Below are positions 18,826 to 27,420 of a stretch of 32,000 nt of DNA, one piece after another. Made by a program: the position numbers and the translations under genes. The number at the start of each line of letters is the position of its first letter. Within the stretch, counting starts at the first letter, position 1. Under the pieces are notes generated by a model, which did no database searches, was not told the origin of the DNA, and saw only the letters and a list, made by a program, of their open reading frames with translations. Source of the stretch: an uncultured Candidatus Saccharibacteria bacterium (GTDB taxonomy: Bacteria > Patescibacteriota > UBA1384 > XYA2-FULL-43-10 > 1-14-0-10-43-13); assembly GCA_964543385.1 (NCBI GenBank), contig CAZIYE010000001.1, positions 600,001-632,000 on the forward strand. The letters are read 5' to 3'.

Positions 18826-19848
18826 TTAGTGCTTCATTATTTCTAATGACAATTTGTTATTTCTTACTTCAATTTTTGCAGTGCCACCGATAGGAAATGT
18901 GATCTTTGGATGGGTATGGCCAAAATCGGCATTACCAATGATTGGCAAGGTGCTTAATCCTCTGATATTTCTCAATATTTTTGTTAATTTCTTTATGTCA
19001 GGAGATCCTAGTTTTTGGAATCTCCCAATTAACAGACCTCTTGCCCTAGAGAAGTCCGGTAATTGCGTTAAGGATACCAAATTTCTTTCGAATTCAACAT
19101 CAGTATATTCTCCAGCTGTGGCATCCTCTTCTATGAATAGTATAGTGTTCTTGAGCCTTGGCATGTATTTTGTGCCTTGCAGCAGATTTAGCGAACATAA
19201 ATTTCCACCAATGATGGTTCCCGTAGCAGAGCCTCCCTGTATGGCCCACAATCCATCGTTTGTCAGCCATTTGCGATCTTCTACTCTTTCCCACATTCTT
19301 TTGTCATCCCATTCTTTGCTCGCAATTATCTCAAATGGTTCTTCACTGAATAAACATTTTTTGAAATAATCGGCGTCGTATTTGTTATCAATTCCACTGC
19401 CCATCGAAGAAAACGAAGGGCTAGAATAAGTAACTAGACCGGTCATTTTAAAAATCGCATTGGACAAAACGGTGATATCTGAAAAACCCCCAAAAATCTT
19501 TGGGTTATTTCTGATGATTTTCCAATTAATATAAGGTAAAAGCTGATTAGAATTATATCCTCCGGTTGCAGTAATTATTGCTTTTACATTCGGATCGAGA
19601 AAAGCCTGATGTAGATCCTCAAGTCGATGCTCTATAGTAGAACTTCGAAATTCGTCCATTTCCCTTGAATGTTTGCCAAAACTGACCTTAAGGCCCATTT
19701 CCTCAAAACGTCTTAAAGATTCAGTAATTTCTTTATCCTTCATTTTTGACAAAGAAACAGCTGGGGCAATGATTCTTATTTCATCACCCGTATTCAATTT
19801 TTTGGGTAATATTGTTTTCATTTTTTTAAAATAACTAAGCATAACCAT
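18826..19848 (-). CDS. LD-carboxypeptidase / microcin C7 resistance MccF-like, peptidase S66 (start may be the internal ATG of MKTILPKK)
   Basis: GDEIRIIAPA, ITATGGYNSNQLLPYINW, FGGFSDITVLSNAIF (nucleophile Ser), TIIGGNLCSLNLLQGTKYMP, ILFIEEDATAGEY, IGNADFGHTHPKITFPIG (catalytic His). Confidence 0.88.
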   Translation of the reverse strand: MVMLSYFKKMKTILPKKLNTGDEIRIIAPAVSLSKMKDKEITESLRRFEEMGLKVSFGKHSREMDEFRSSTIEHRLEDLHQAFLDPNVKAIITATGGYNSNQLLPYINWKIIRNNPKIFGGFSDITVLSNAIFKMTGLVTYSSPSFSSMGSGIDNKYDADYFKKCLFSEEPFEIIASKEWDDKRMWERVEDRKWLTNDGLWAIQGGSATGTIIGGNLCSLNLLQGTKYMPRLKNTILFIEEDATAGEYTDVEFERNLVSLTQLPDFSRARGLLIGRFQKLGSPDIKKLTKILRNIRGLSTLPIIGNADFGHTHPKITFPIGGTAKIEVRNNKLSLEIMKH

Positions 19849-20029
19849 CTATATGATCACCTTTACCGGGTTCATCCGGGCCTTTTTGTAGTTCTGTTTG
19901 GTCTTCGTTCTCTTTTCTTTTTTGATCTGGCGACGGCTGATCTCTGTCTTTATCTCTAGGTATCGCTGGAATAGGTACAATAGGTGGCACTGGACCTATG
20001 CCCTAACCGCCGAAACTAAATGGTTCCAT
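19835..20029 (-). other. Small reading frame interrupted by one in-frame TAG: MEPFSFGG-(TAG)-GIGPVPPIVPIPAIPRDKDRDQPSPDQKRKENEDQTELQKGPDEPGKGDHIDGYA*
   Basis: Hand translation of the minus strand; AAAGGAG SD immediately upstream of the ATG at 20029; TAG at 20005-20003; final stop at 19837-19835. Confidence 0.45.
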
Positions 20030-20050
20030 ATTTCTCCTTTTTAACTGCTA

Positions 20051-20079
20051 ATTTTAGATTAACGTTAATGGGACGCCAA
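20051..20079 (-). promoter_or_regulatory. Putative promoter driving the mini-ORF / MccF-like gene
   Basis: Minus strand TTGGCG-17 nt-TAAAAT, ending ~22 nt upstream of the mini-ORF ATG. Confidence 0.45.
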
Positions 20080-20124
20080 TTCAATATTTAGTATGTTCAG
20101 AAAGAAAATATCTCTCTCCTCACA

Positions 20125-20940
20125 TTAACTTTTATCTAAAAAGTTATAAATTTTCTCGCTTAATATGTCAGAATTATTGATGACTATTATATGATTTGCC
20201 TGAGGTATTATATCTAGGATAGATTTATCAACTAAACCATTTATTTCTACAGCTTTGTGGATGCCGAATACTTTATCGTCCTCACCGTGAATTATCAGGA
20301 CGGGGACATTAATATTTTTGAGTGCTTCTCTTCCATCAAACTGAGCAATGTGTTGATATGTAAAAAGCCAGGAACGGAACGTCGTATGAGATATATCAGA
20401 ATAAATCCTTTCCACATTCAGGTCTCCTGTTCCTATAAATTTATCAAAATCCACATGATTAAAATTTGTCCTGTCTAAGAATCTTGTTTGCAATAGAAAA
20501 TTAAAAATTGGCAGTATTGGAGATCCGAGTAGTCGGACCGCTTTTAACCTTTGTGGTGCCTTTGAGGTAGTGTCTATTAAAATATATTTTGCGGCAATAT
20601 TGGGGTAAAGTTTCTGAAATTCCATTGTCACCATTCCACCAAAACAATGTGCAATTATTACAAAGTCAGTTACTTTTTCCTTATCTAGTACTGCTTTGAT
20701 ATCTCTGGCAAAATTATCTAGATGGTAATCATCTAGTCTGGATGGTCTATCTGACAAACCATGGCCACGTAAATCTATGGCTAATGTTGAATACCCCTTA
20801 TCTTGGAAGAAATTAACTTCACTGTTCCAAGCTGTTAGATCACCACCAGCACCATGGATGAATACTAAAAATTGTTCGCTTTTTAGACGTTTTATTGAAT
20901 AGTTAATATGAGCGCCGTCAAAACTTTTTATTTTTCTCAT
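20125..20940 (-). CDS. Alpha/beta hydrolase
   Basis: FVFIHGAGGDLTAWNSEV-like oxyanion region, DLRGHGLSDRPSR, VIIAHCFGGMVTMEF nucleophile elbow (here Cys in the elbow), VLIIHGEDDKVF. Confidence 0.9.
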   Translation of the reverse strand: MRKIKSFDGAHINYSIKRLKSEQFLVFIHGAGGDLTAWNSEVNFFQDKGYSTLAIDLRGHGLSDRPSRLDDYHLDNFARDIKAVLDKEKVTDFVIIAHCFGGMVTMEFQKLYPNIAAKYILIDTTSKAPQRLKAVRLLGSPILPIFNFLLQTRFLDRTNFNHVDFDKFIGTGDLNVERIYSDISHTTFRSWLFTYQHIAQFDGREALKNINVPVLIIHGEDDKVFGIHKAVEINGLVDKSILDIIPQANHIIVINNSDILSEKIYNFLDKS

Positions 20941-20946
20941 TAGAGT

Positions 20947-23316
20947 TTAATATCCTTTATTTTCGATTATAATCTCGAGCAGTTCTCGTGGATAAATGGA
21001 TGGTTTTTCTGCCAATCCTTGATGGTAGAGGACAGTAGATGGTGTAAGACCGGGCAAAGTATTCACCTCTATTACCATAATATCACCAGTTTTTGTATCA
21101 ACGAAAAGGTCTATTCGGGCATAGCCTTCGATGCCAATCTTCTCGGCAAATTTGCCGACTATTTTCTTTACTTTATTCAACTCTTTTTGCGAAATAATAG
21201 TTTCTGGCGGAGGAGTAATATTTACGCCTGTGCCACCCTGGAACTTTTCTTCGACTGTTAGGAATTCTCCTTCGGCCACTGTCAGACTTGGATTTAGCAC
21301 CCTTATCTTCCTTTTTTCGCCGATAACCCCCACAGTTGTTTCTATTTTACCGCCCTTATCTTTATGGATGAGCTGATTGCCTTTGACGGAGACTGCATCA
21401 GTTTGGATAAATTCTTCAAGCAAAAAATGTTTTGTTTCCTCTTGTGGCAGGTCAATAACCTCTTTTTGATTCTTGAAAGTGTTTTTAGGAATTACTGCCA
21501 ATCCTAATTTATTTAGTTCGAGATATTTCTCCAGGTCTTTTGCTGAGTATAGTCTGGCGACCCCTGATGAACAACCATCGCCAAGAGGCTTTATTATCAG
21601 AGAACTTGTTCCAAATTCCCGACAAGTCTCGATCCAAGATTTTTGAATATCTTTTTTCTGGATTAATTTAGCTGGTTCGATAACTCTTTTCTTAGCTGTA
21701 TTGAGACCATCTATCTTTAGTTTCTTGATAAATTCTCCGGTAGCAAATTTGTCCATACAGAGATTAGACACTTTCGATCCTGAGCCATTATATTTTACTT
21801 TTAAGCCATCTAGTAATTTTTGTATTGTGCCATTTTCACCGATCCCACCATGCAGAGCGAGGAAGATAAATTTTGAATTTTTGATAAATTCATTCAAAGT
21901 GGCTTTTTTGGGAATGAAGAACTGCTCGGTCATTATGTCTTCGTCTATAGAGAGTCTTGCTTGTACTTTTTTCTCCAACATTCTTAATCTTTCCTCGTCA
22001 GCAGGAGCTTTCTCACAATTTTCTATAATTTCCTCAACTGTATGGTTGAGAGTTAGTGCATAAGGCAATTCCCAAACATTTCCTTCTCCGTCTAACAGAA
22101 ATGGTTTAGGGTTATATTTTTCAGATTTCTTTAACTTCAGCCATACATTCGTGCCACTCATCAGAGAAACCTGACGCTCAGAGGTTGACCCTCCAAAAAT
22201 AATGTTAACTTCTTTACGGTTTTTTATTTCCTTTATTTTCAGAGAAGGAGCGGAGATATTGTAATTACTGCAGGCATGTTTCAGGATGTAATTTAAGACG
22301 CTTTGATGGGAAAGGCCGACTCGTGATGATTGTTGAAAAAGAAAACTATTTTGCTCCATGCCGCTTATCGGATTGAAATCAGAGAACCAAATTTTCCCGT
22401 CAGGGAAAACCCAGCCATCAAAACGAGCGAAGTCTCTCATCCCAAGGGCTGAGAAAAGTTGTTCTGCCTGGACCTGAATTGTTTCTATCATCTGATTATC
22501 AAAACGTGGAGGGCAATGATATGTTACTTGACGAGTTGGCAAATACTTTTTACGGAAGTCAAATATTTGGTGTTCGGCATAATCAGTCTCAATTTCAGTT
22601 GGTAATATTGCTACGGGAAGATCATATTTATTTTGTAAAATTATGACCGTAAATTCACGACCTGTTGCAAATTGTTCTATAACTACTCGTGTATCCATTC
22701 GCTTTGAAAAAAGCATCTCTACTTTTTCTAGCGCTTCTTCGGGTGTAGACACAGAGAATACGCCGATACTTGATCCTCCTGTTGCAGGTTTTACTACCGC
22801 TCTCTTTATATCATGTTGTTTGAAAAATTTCTGGATAATTTCTTTATGATCTTTGTGATAGATCTTTAGAACTGTCGAAGGCAGGACATAGAAGCCAAGT
22901 TTTTTAATAAATTCGTTTGCCTTAAATTTGTCAAAACAGCGTTTGCATGCCCCAGAACCAGTGCCAATAAAAGGGATTTTGTTTTTTTCGAGAAATGACT
23001 GTACTTGGCCATCCTCGCCAAATTTACCGTGCATTGCTGGGAAGGCGATATCACACTTCTTCAATTCTTCTATAAGCTCTGATTCGCTGAGGGTGGTTGC
23101 AGTTTGCTGCAATTTAAAATCAAAGTCTGAGGGGGTATTAGAATAGAGCTGAGCCTTCGAAATCTTGTAGGCTTTTCCCTTATAATCATAATAAAAGGGG
23201 ACGACCTCTATCTGATCGCTTTCCAAATGATCCATAACAGATCGGGAAGAATTTAGGGAAATTCCTCTTTCTAATGAAGGACCGCCACAAAGTAATGCTA
23301 TTTTCATTTTTTGCAA
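20947..23316 (-). CDS. Tandem fusion of two D-alanine--D-alanine-ligase-like ATP-grasp modules (789 aa)
   Basis: Module 1: LLCGGPSLERGISLNSSRSV...VVKPATGGSSIGV...FARFDGWVF...DFNPISGM. Module 2: IIFGGSTSERQVSLMSGTNV...IIKPLGDGCSSGV...YARIDLFVD...IEVNTLPGLTPST. Confidence 0.93.
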   Translation of the reverse strand: MQKMKIALLCGGPSLERGISLNSSRSVMDHLESDQIEVVPFYYDYKGKAYKISKAQLYSNTPSDFDFKLQQTATTLSESELIEELKKCDIAFPAMHGKFGEDGQVQSFLEKNKIPFIGTGSGACKRCFDKFKANEFIKKLGFYVLPSTVLKIYHKDHKEIIQKFFKQHDIKRAVVKPATGGSSIGVFSVSTPEEALEKVEMLFSKRMDTRVVIEQFATGREFTVIILQNKYDLPVAILPTEIETDYAEHQIFDFRKKYLPTRQVTYHCPPRFDNQMIETIQVQAEQLFSALGMRDFARFDGWVFPDGKIWFSDFNPISGMEQNSFLFQQSSRVGLSHQSVLNYILKHACSNYNISAPSLKIKEIKNRKEVNIIFGGSTSERQVSLMSGTNVWLKLKKSEKYNPKPFLLDGEGNVWELPYALTLNHTVEEIIENCEKAPADEERLRMLEKKVQARLSIDEDIMTEQFFIPKKATLNEFIKNSKFIFLALHGGIGENGTIQKLLDGLKVKYNGSGSKVSNLCMDKFATGEFIKKLKIDGLNTAKKRVIEPAKLIQKKDIQKSWIETCREFGTSSLIIKPLGDGCSSGVARLYSAKDLEKYLELNKLGLAVIPKNTFKNQKEVIDLPQEETKHFLLEEFIQTDAVSVKGNQLIHKDKGGKIETTVGVIGEKRKIRVLNPSLTVAEGEFLTVEEKFQGGTGVNITPPPETIISQKELNKVKKIVGKFAEKIGIEGYARIDLFVDTKTGDIMVIEVNTLPGLTPSTVLYHQGLAEKPSIYPRELLEIIIENKGY

Positions 23317-23391
23317 ATTTATTACTAATAAGTAGCAAAATTATAGCATTTTTTGCAAAAACGATCAATAAATATGTGGATAAGTGCTATT

Positions 23392-23970
23392 TTATTCTAG
23401 TTCGAGACCATCTGCGCTAATAATCATATATTTACCGTCCTTGCATTCTAGCTCGATCAGAGTGCAATCGCTGAGAGTCTTTCTTTCTCTGCCAATTATT
23501 TCTCTAAGGAAGCAGCTTATTACTCCGCCGTGGGTGACAATGCCAATCTTTTCAAATGGTTTGCCAATCAGCTCATCAAAAGTGCCAAGTACTCTTCCTT
23601 TGAAATCATCGTAATCCTCGGCTCCATCAATAGTTGCCATCGGATCTTTCAAGGTGTCGATTAGTTCTGGATGGCTGGCCTTGGCTTCACTTCTTAATTT
23701 GCCAGTCAAAACTCCATAAGAGTTACGTTCTCGAAGATCATTTACTAATTCTATTGGAATATGAGTATCTACTGATAAAATCTTAGCTGTTTGGACGGCC
23801 CTAATCCTTGGACTATAGTAAGTTTTTTCGATGCCCAGATCTTTAATTTTATCTGCAAGATCATGAGCTTGGGATTGACCAGCTGCAGTTAAATGGTCAT
23901 CATAATCGCCGCCAAAACGGTCTTCAATATCTCCTGTTGTTTGCCCGTGTCGCATTAAATATATTTTCAT
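23392..23970 (-). CDS. Histidine phosphatase family protein (phosphoglycerate mutase-like)
   Basis: IYLMRHGQTTGD (RHG), YYSPRIRAVQTAKIL, GIVTHGGVISCFLREI. Confidence 0.92.
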   Translation of the reverse strand: MKIYLMRHGQTTGDIEDRFGGDYDDHLTAAGQSQAHDLADKIKDLGIEKTYYSPRIRAVQTAKILSVDTHIPIELVNDLRERNSYGVLTGKLRSEAKASHPELIDTLKDPMATIDGAEDYDDFKGRVLGTFDELIGKPFEKIGIVTHGGVISCFLREIIGRERKTLSDCTLIELECKDGKYMIISADGLELE

Positions 23971-23981
23971 TTTTTTATAGA

Positions 23982-24782
23982 TTAAATATTTAAATCTCTT
24001 TTTTTATAAAACACGTATGTCGAGGCAATAGCTATTCCGATAATTAGAACAGACAGGACTGTATACGCAAGATCAAATCTTCCATCATTCATTAGATTCT
24101 TCGCATCAAAATATTTAAAGGGAGTGAACCATCTTAGACTTTCCAATTTATCATTAATATCTATCGCGACCGAGAGGATAAAGGTAGAAAGCAAGATGCC
24201 TGTTGTGATAGAAGTAGGTACTTTGGGATTTTTGGATATGGCTGCAATAGCGCTGCCGATAAACAAGAACATGACTTGTAGCACAAACATCCCAGCCATC
24301 AGTATCATTATATTGCCTACAAAAGGCTCGCCTTTACTGTATTTACTAACCATTATCAGCGAAAAGACAATTGTTACAATATTAAACACAACAATGTTCA
24401 CAAGTGCCGCAAGTAGTTTCTGAGTGATGATTTGGTTTCTGGATTTTGGTTTTACGAACAAAAATTCTGATGTTTTATCTGCTTCTTCTTTGGATATAAT
24501 ATCAGCGCCAAGCATTGCAGCGTGGATTGTTGCCATCATGACAAGATATAAGAAAAGCATCCCATAATACCCAACTGCTATAGTCAGGTCAAAGTCTCCA
24601 GCGCCCACAATTGACTGCACTGCCTTTGGCATAGTCTTCATCAAATCATTGATACTTTTATCTCCACCGCCTATGGCAGCAGAGTACTTTGCCATACCGG
24701 AAGCGACCATAAAAAATATACCCACTGACCAAAAAATCAGCGAATTTCTGTATGCCTTCATTTCTCTTTTAAATATATTCAT
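23982..24782 (-). CDS. ABC-2-type transporter permease
   Basis: MNIFKREMKAYRNSLIFWSVGIFF start, ~6 TM helices, EEADKTSEFLFVKPKSRNQIITQKLLAALVNIVVFN; next to an ATPase gene. Confidence 0.85.
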   Translation of the reverse strand: MNIFKREMKAYRNSLIFWSVGIFFMVASGMAKYSAAIGGGDKSINDLMKTMPKAVQSIVGAGDFDLTIAVGYYGMLFLYLVMMATIHAAMLGADIISKEEADKTSEFLFVKPKSRNQIITQKLLAALVNIVVFNIVTIVFSLIMVSKYSKGEPFVGNIMILMAGMFVLQVMFLFIGSAIAAISKNPKVPTSITTGILLSTFILSVAIDINDKLESLRWFTPFKYFDAKNLMNDGRFDLAYTVLSVLIIGIAIASTYVFYKKRDLNI

Positions 24783-24808
24783 TATCTCCTTTTCAAAATC
24801 CTAACCTT

Positions 24809-25603
24809 CTAAACGGTGTCTATGTCTTTCTTCCGATATATCCAGTAGCTTGCAATGACGGCAACAATAATGAAGACAAATTCGATAATCAAAAATATGC
24901 TTTCATAGCTGCCATTCTTATTAATATATTTTGGGTCGAAATATTGAAAAGGAGTAAAATATCTCAATCCCTTTTCTTCTGTGGTCGCTGCAAAAGCATT
25001 GATAACAAAGAAACTAAATACAGTACTGAGTGAAACAGCAATCACTGATTTTATCTTGGGAAAATTAACAGCAAATAGAACTCCTATCGTCAAGAATATC
25101 AGCTGCACAAAAAACAGTGAAAGAGATGTCAGTATGAAGTTTTTCATATCAAATCCGGAGCTGACAGCCTGCGCCATGACGATTGCAACTGTGAGATAAA
25201 CAATGTTAGTAATTATTAAAGAAGTTAGTGTTGCTAAAAGTTTCATCGACAGAATCTTGGTTCTGCTGACAGGCTTTGTCAGTAGAAAGTCAGCTGTTTT
25301 CTCCCGCATTTCTTTTGAGATAGCAGAAGTGCCAAGATTCATTGCTTGAATTCCGCCACAGAGCAGAATATAGAGGAAAAAGTAGGCATAAAATCCGGGG
25401 ATTGTAGCGATATTGTCGATCGAAATACCAACCGCTTTTCTTAGGGTTTCGGGATAACCTGCGAGCAAATCTTTAATCACTTCAGCATTATGGGCGAAGG
25501 AGGGGAAAAGTGAAAGAAAAAAGATAGCCAGCAAAGCAAGGGAGCAAGACCAAATAATTGTTGATTTTCTATTCGATCTTAATTCATGCCAAAAAATATT
25601 CAT
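24809..25603 (-). CDS. ABC-2-type transporter permease (paralog of the neighbouring one)
   Basis: MNIFWHELRSNRKSTIIWSCSLALL; EMREKTADFLLTKPVSRTKILSMKLLATLTSLIITNIVYL; ~6 TM helices. Confidence 0.85.
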   Translation of the reverse strand: MNIFWHELRSNRKSTIIWSCSLALLAIFFLSLFPSFAHNAEVIKDLLAGYPETLRKAVGISIDNIATIPGFYAYFFLYILLCGGIQAMNLGTSAISKEMREKTADFLLTKPVSRTKILSMKLLATLTSLIITNIVYLTVAIVMAQAVSSGFDMKNFILTSLSLFFVQLIFLTIGVLFAVNFPKIKSVIAVSLSTVFSFFVINAFAATTEEKGLRYFTPFQYFDPKYINKNGSYESIFLIIEFVFIIVAVIASYWIYRKKDIDTV

Positions 25604-25604
25604 C

Positions 25605-26492
25605 TCATTCTCCTTTTTGGTAATAATGCATGAATATCTCCTCTAAGTCTGGTTCCTCAATCAGAATATTGAGGATGTTTATACCTGAAATTTTCTTGAG
25701 AATAGTATTTATATTGCCGCTAAAAACAAAAGTTACAGATTTGCCTTTAATATCTAGGTCTTTTAGGCCATGAATCTTGAAGAAGCTATGGTCGATATCA
25801 TCAGCCAATTCGATTCTAAATCGTTTGAAATTATTTTCCATCAAAGTAGAGATTTTCTCTATCTTTACTATCTTTCCTTCTTTGATGATTGCCACTCTAC
25901 CACAAAGCCGCTGGACTTCTCCCAAGATATGGGATGAGAATAAAATTGTAGCGCCCCTCTTATTTTCTTCTCTCAGTAGTTCAAAAAACTTTTGTTGCAT
26001 CAGGGGATCAAGTCCGCTGGTCGGCTCATCAAGAATAATAAGCCTTGGCTCATGTAAGAGGCCTTGGACGATCCCGACTTTCTTCTTATTACCGAGAGAG
26101 AGATCATCAATCTTTTTATTTAGATCCAGGTCCATGATTTCAGCGAGCTCTTTTATCCTTTTACTGCAATCCTTTTTGTAAAAACTTGCGGAATAATTTA
26201 ATAGGTCAATTACTTTCATGCCATCATAATAAAAAACTTCAGAGGGAAGATAGCCGATCTCTTTTTTGACCTCCGGGCCAAAATCAATTATATCCTTCCC
26301 AAAAATATTTGCGCTACCACTAGTTGGGTAAATCAAGGATAGGAGAGTCCTGATGGTAGTTGATTTTCCTGCCCCATTTGGGCCGATAAAGCCAAAAATC
26401 TCACCCTCTTCGATGCTTAGATTAACATCAACAATACCACGTGACTTTCCATAGCTCTTTGTAAGATTCTTTGTCTCAATAGCATTCATCAT
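25605..26492 (-). CDS. ABC transporter ATP-binding protein (start reassigned from 26558 to MMNAIETKN)
   Basis: GFIGPNGAGKSTTIRTLLSL (Walker A), LSLGNKKKVGIVQGLLHEPRLIILDEPTSGLDPLMQ (signature/Walker B). Confidence 0.95.
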   Translation of the reverse strand: MMNAIETKNLTKSYGKSRGIVDVNLSIEEGEIFGFIGPNGAGKSTTIRTLLSLIYPTSGSANIFGKDIIDFGPEVKKEIGYLPSEVFYYDGMKVIDLLNYSASFYKKDCSKRIKELAEIMDLDLNKKIDDLSLGNKKKVGIVQGLLHEPRLIILDEPTSGLDPLMQQKFFELLREENKRGATILFSSHILGEVQRLCGRVAIIKEGKIVKIEKISTLMENNFKRFRIELADDIDHSFFKIHGLKDLDIKGKSVTFVFSGNINTILKKISGINILNILIEEPDLEEIFMHYYQKGE

Positions 26493-26571
26493 CCGCCTCC
26501 GATTCAATATTTTAGTATAGATACATTCTATTATCAATTGGCAATAATTTTCAATCATTCGTTTTACAGTA

Positions 26572-26601
26572 ATAAAAAAACCATAAATAATTTTTACGGC
26601 C
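26572..26601 (-). terminator. Rho-independent terminator downstream of the CYTH gene
   Basis: Minus strand GCCGTAAAaattaTTTATGG followed by a T tract (TTTTTTT). Confidence 0.7.
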
Positions 26602-26662
26602 TTTCTTTATATACGAACTAGTTTCAGAATTTTTTTTATGGCGGGGACGTTCCAGTCTAGAA

Positions 26663-27214
26663 CTATCTGATATTTGCCTTATTGTTTAATTCATAAATCA
26701 GTGTGGCATAACCCTTGGATATCTGATCATCCTTTTTTATACCCAAAGTCTCCAAAAATTCAAACAATTCATTTTTAATTCTTCCCGTGTCTTTCTCGGT
26801 GGTCATTCTTTCTACTTCAACAAAGAAACCCAATCCTTCTATGTCATCAAGGCAGATTTCCATGTTATTATGTTTACCCTTGATTCTTTTTTTGGACACA
26901 CATAAAACTTCATGAAAGCCTAATAATTTCAGCATTTCATTTGCTTGGTCGGGGCTATCGATGACAAGCTCGTGTTCAATATTTTCAAATTCGGTATCCA
27001 ATTGTTCTTTGATTGTAAAAATATGCTTACCATTGGAATTTCTGATTCTAGCAAAAAGTGTTCCTTTTGTTTTGTCTGGAAATTCTACTCCAATAGGAAG
27101 ATATATTCTGTCTTTTTGAATTAATGGTTCAGAAAAAACACAACCTAACTTAGTTAAATTGGATTGAATTTCTGCAAAACCCGAAACCTTTGCTTTAATC
27201 TCTACTTCTGTCAT
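26663..27214 (-). CDS. CYTH-domain protein (class IV adenylate cyclase/triphosphatase-like); start reset to MTEVEIKAKV
   Basis: MTEVEIKAKVSGFAEIQSNLTKLG...KGTLFARIRNSNGKHIFTIKEQ...MEICLDDIEGLGFFVEVERMTTEKD. Confidence 0.88.
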   Translation of the reverse strand: MTEVEIKAKVSGFAEIQSNLTKLGCVFSEPLIQKDRIYLPIGVEFPDKTKGTLFARIRNSNGKHIFTIKEQLDTEFENIEHELVIDSPDQANEMLKLLGFHEVLCVSKKRIKGKHNNMEICLDDIEGLGFFVEVERMTTEKDTGRIKNELFEFLETLGIKKDDQISKGYATLIYELNNKANIR

Positions 27215-27250
27215 AAAATAAAGTCTTAATAACAAAATTCCTTTTCTAAC

Positions 27251-27338
<88 letters not shown>

Positions 27339-27355
27339 GTATCAAGTAAATCAAG

Positions 27356-27388
27356 TTGAATAATATCATTTTAAGCGTTATTATTCAA
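27356..27388. promoter_or_regulatory. Palindromic, mirror-image divergent promoter region (tRNA-Ser/CYTH on minus, alr on plus)
   Basis: Plus strand: TTGAAT (27356-27361)-17 nt-TATTAT (27379-27384). Minus strand: TTGAAT (27388-27383)-17 nt-TATTAT (27365-27360). Same 10-bp inverted repeat TTGAATAATA/TATTATTCAA. Confidence 0.6.
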
Positions 27389-27420
27389 TTGACATACGAA
27401 TTAACATAAATAGGAACAAA

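Noticed and set aside
19849-20029. Claim of a complete microcin C-type operon at the MccF-like gene
   Set aside because: No MccB/ThiF-like adenylating enzyme, MccC exporter of that type or aspartyl-adenylate-forming genes in the window; only a peptide candidate and the MccF-like gene are present.
21019-23146. Series of plus-strand ORFs opposite the Ddl-like gene (e.g. 21701-22063)
   Set aside because: Antisense shadows with no recognisable domain; the minus-strand frame is strongly supported.
26493-26558. 22-aa extension of the ABC ATPase ORF (MIENYCQLIIECIYTKILNRRR)
   Set aside because: The ATPase family normally begins at about MNAIETKNLTKSYG; no support for the upstream start.
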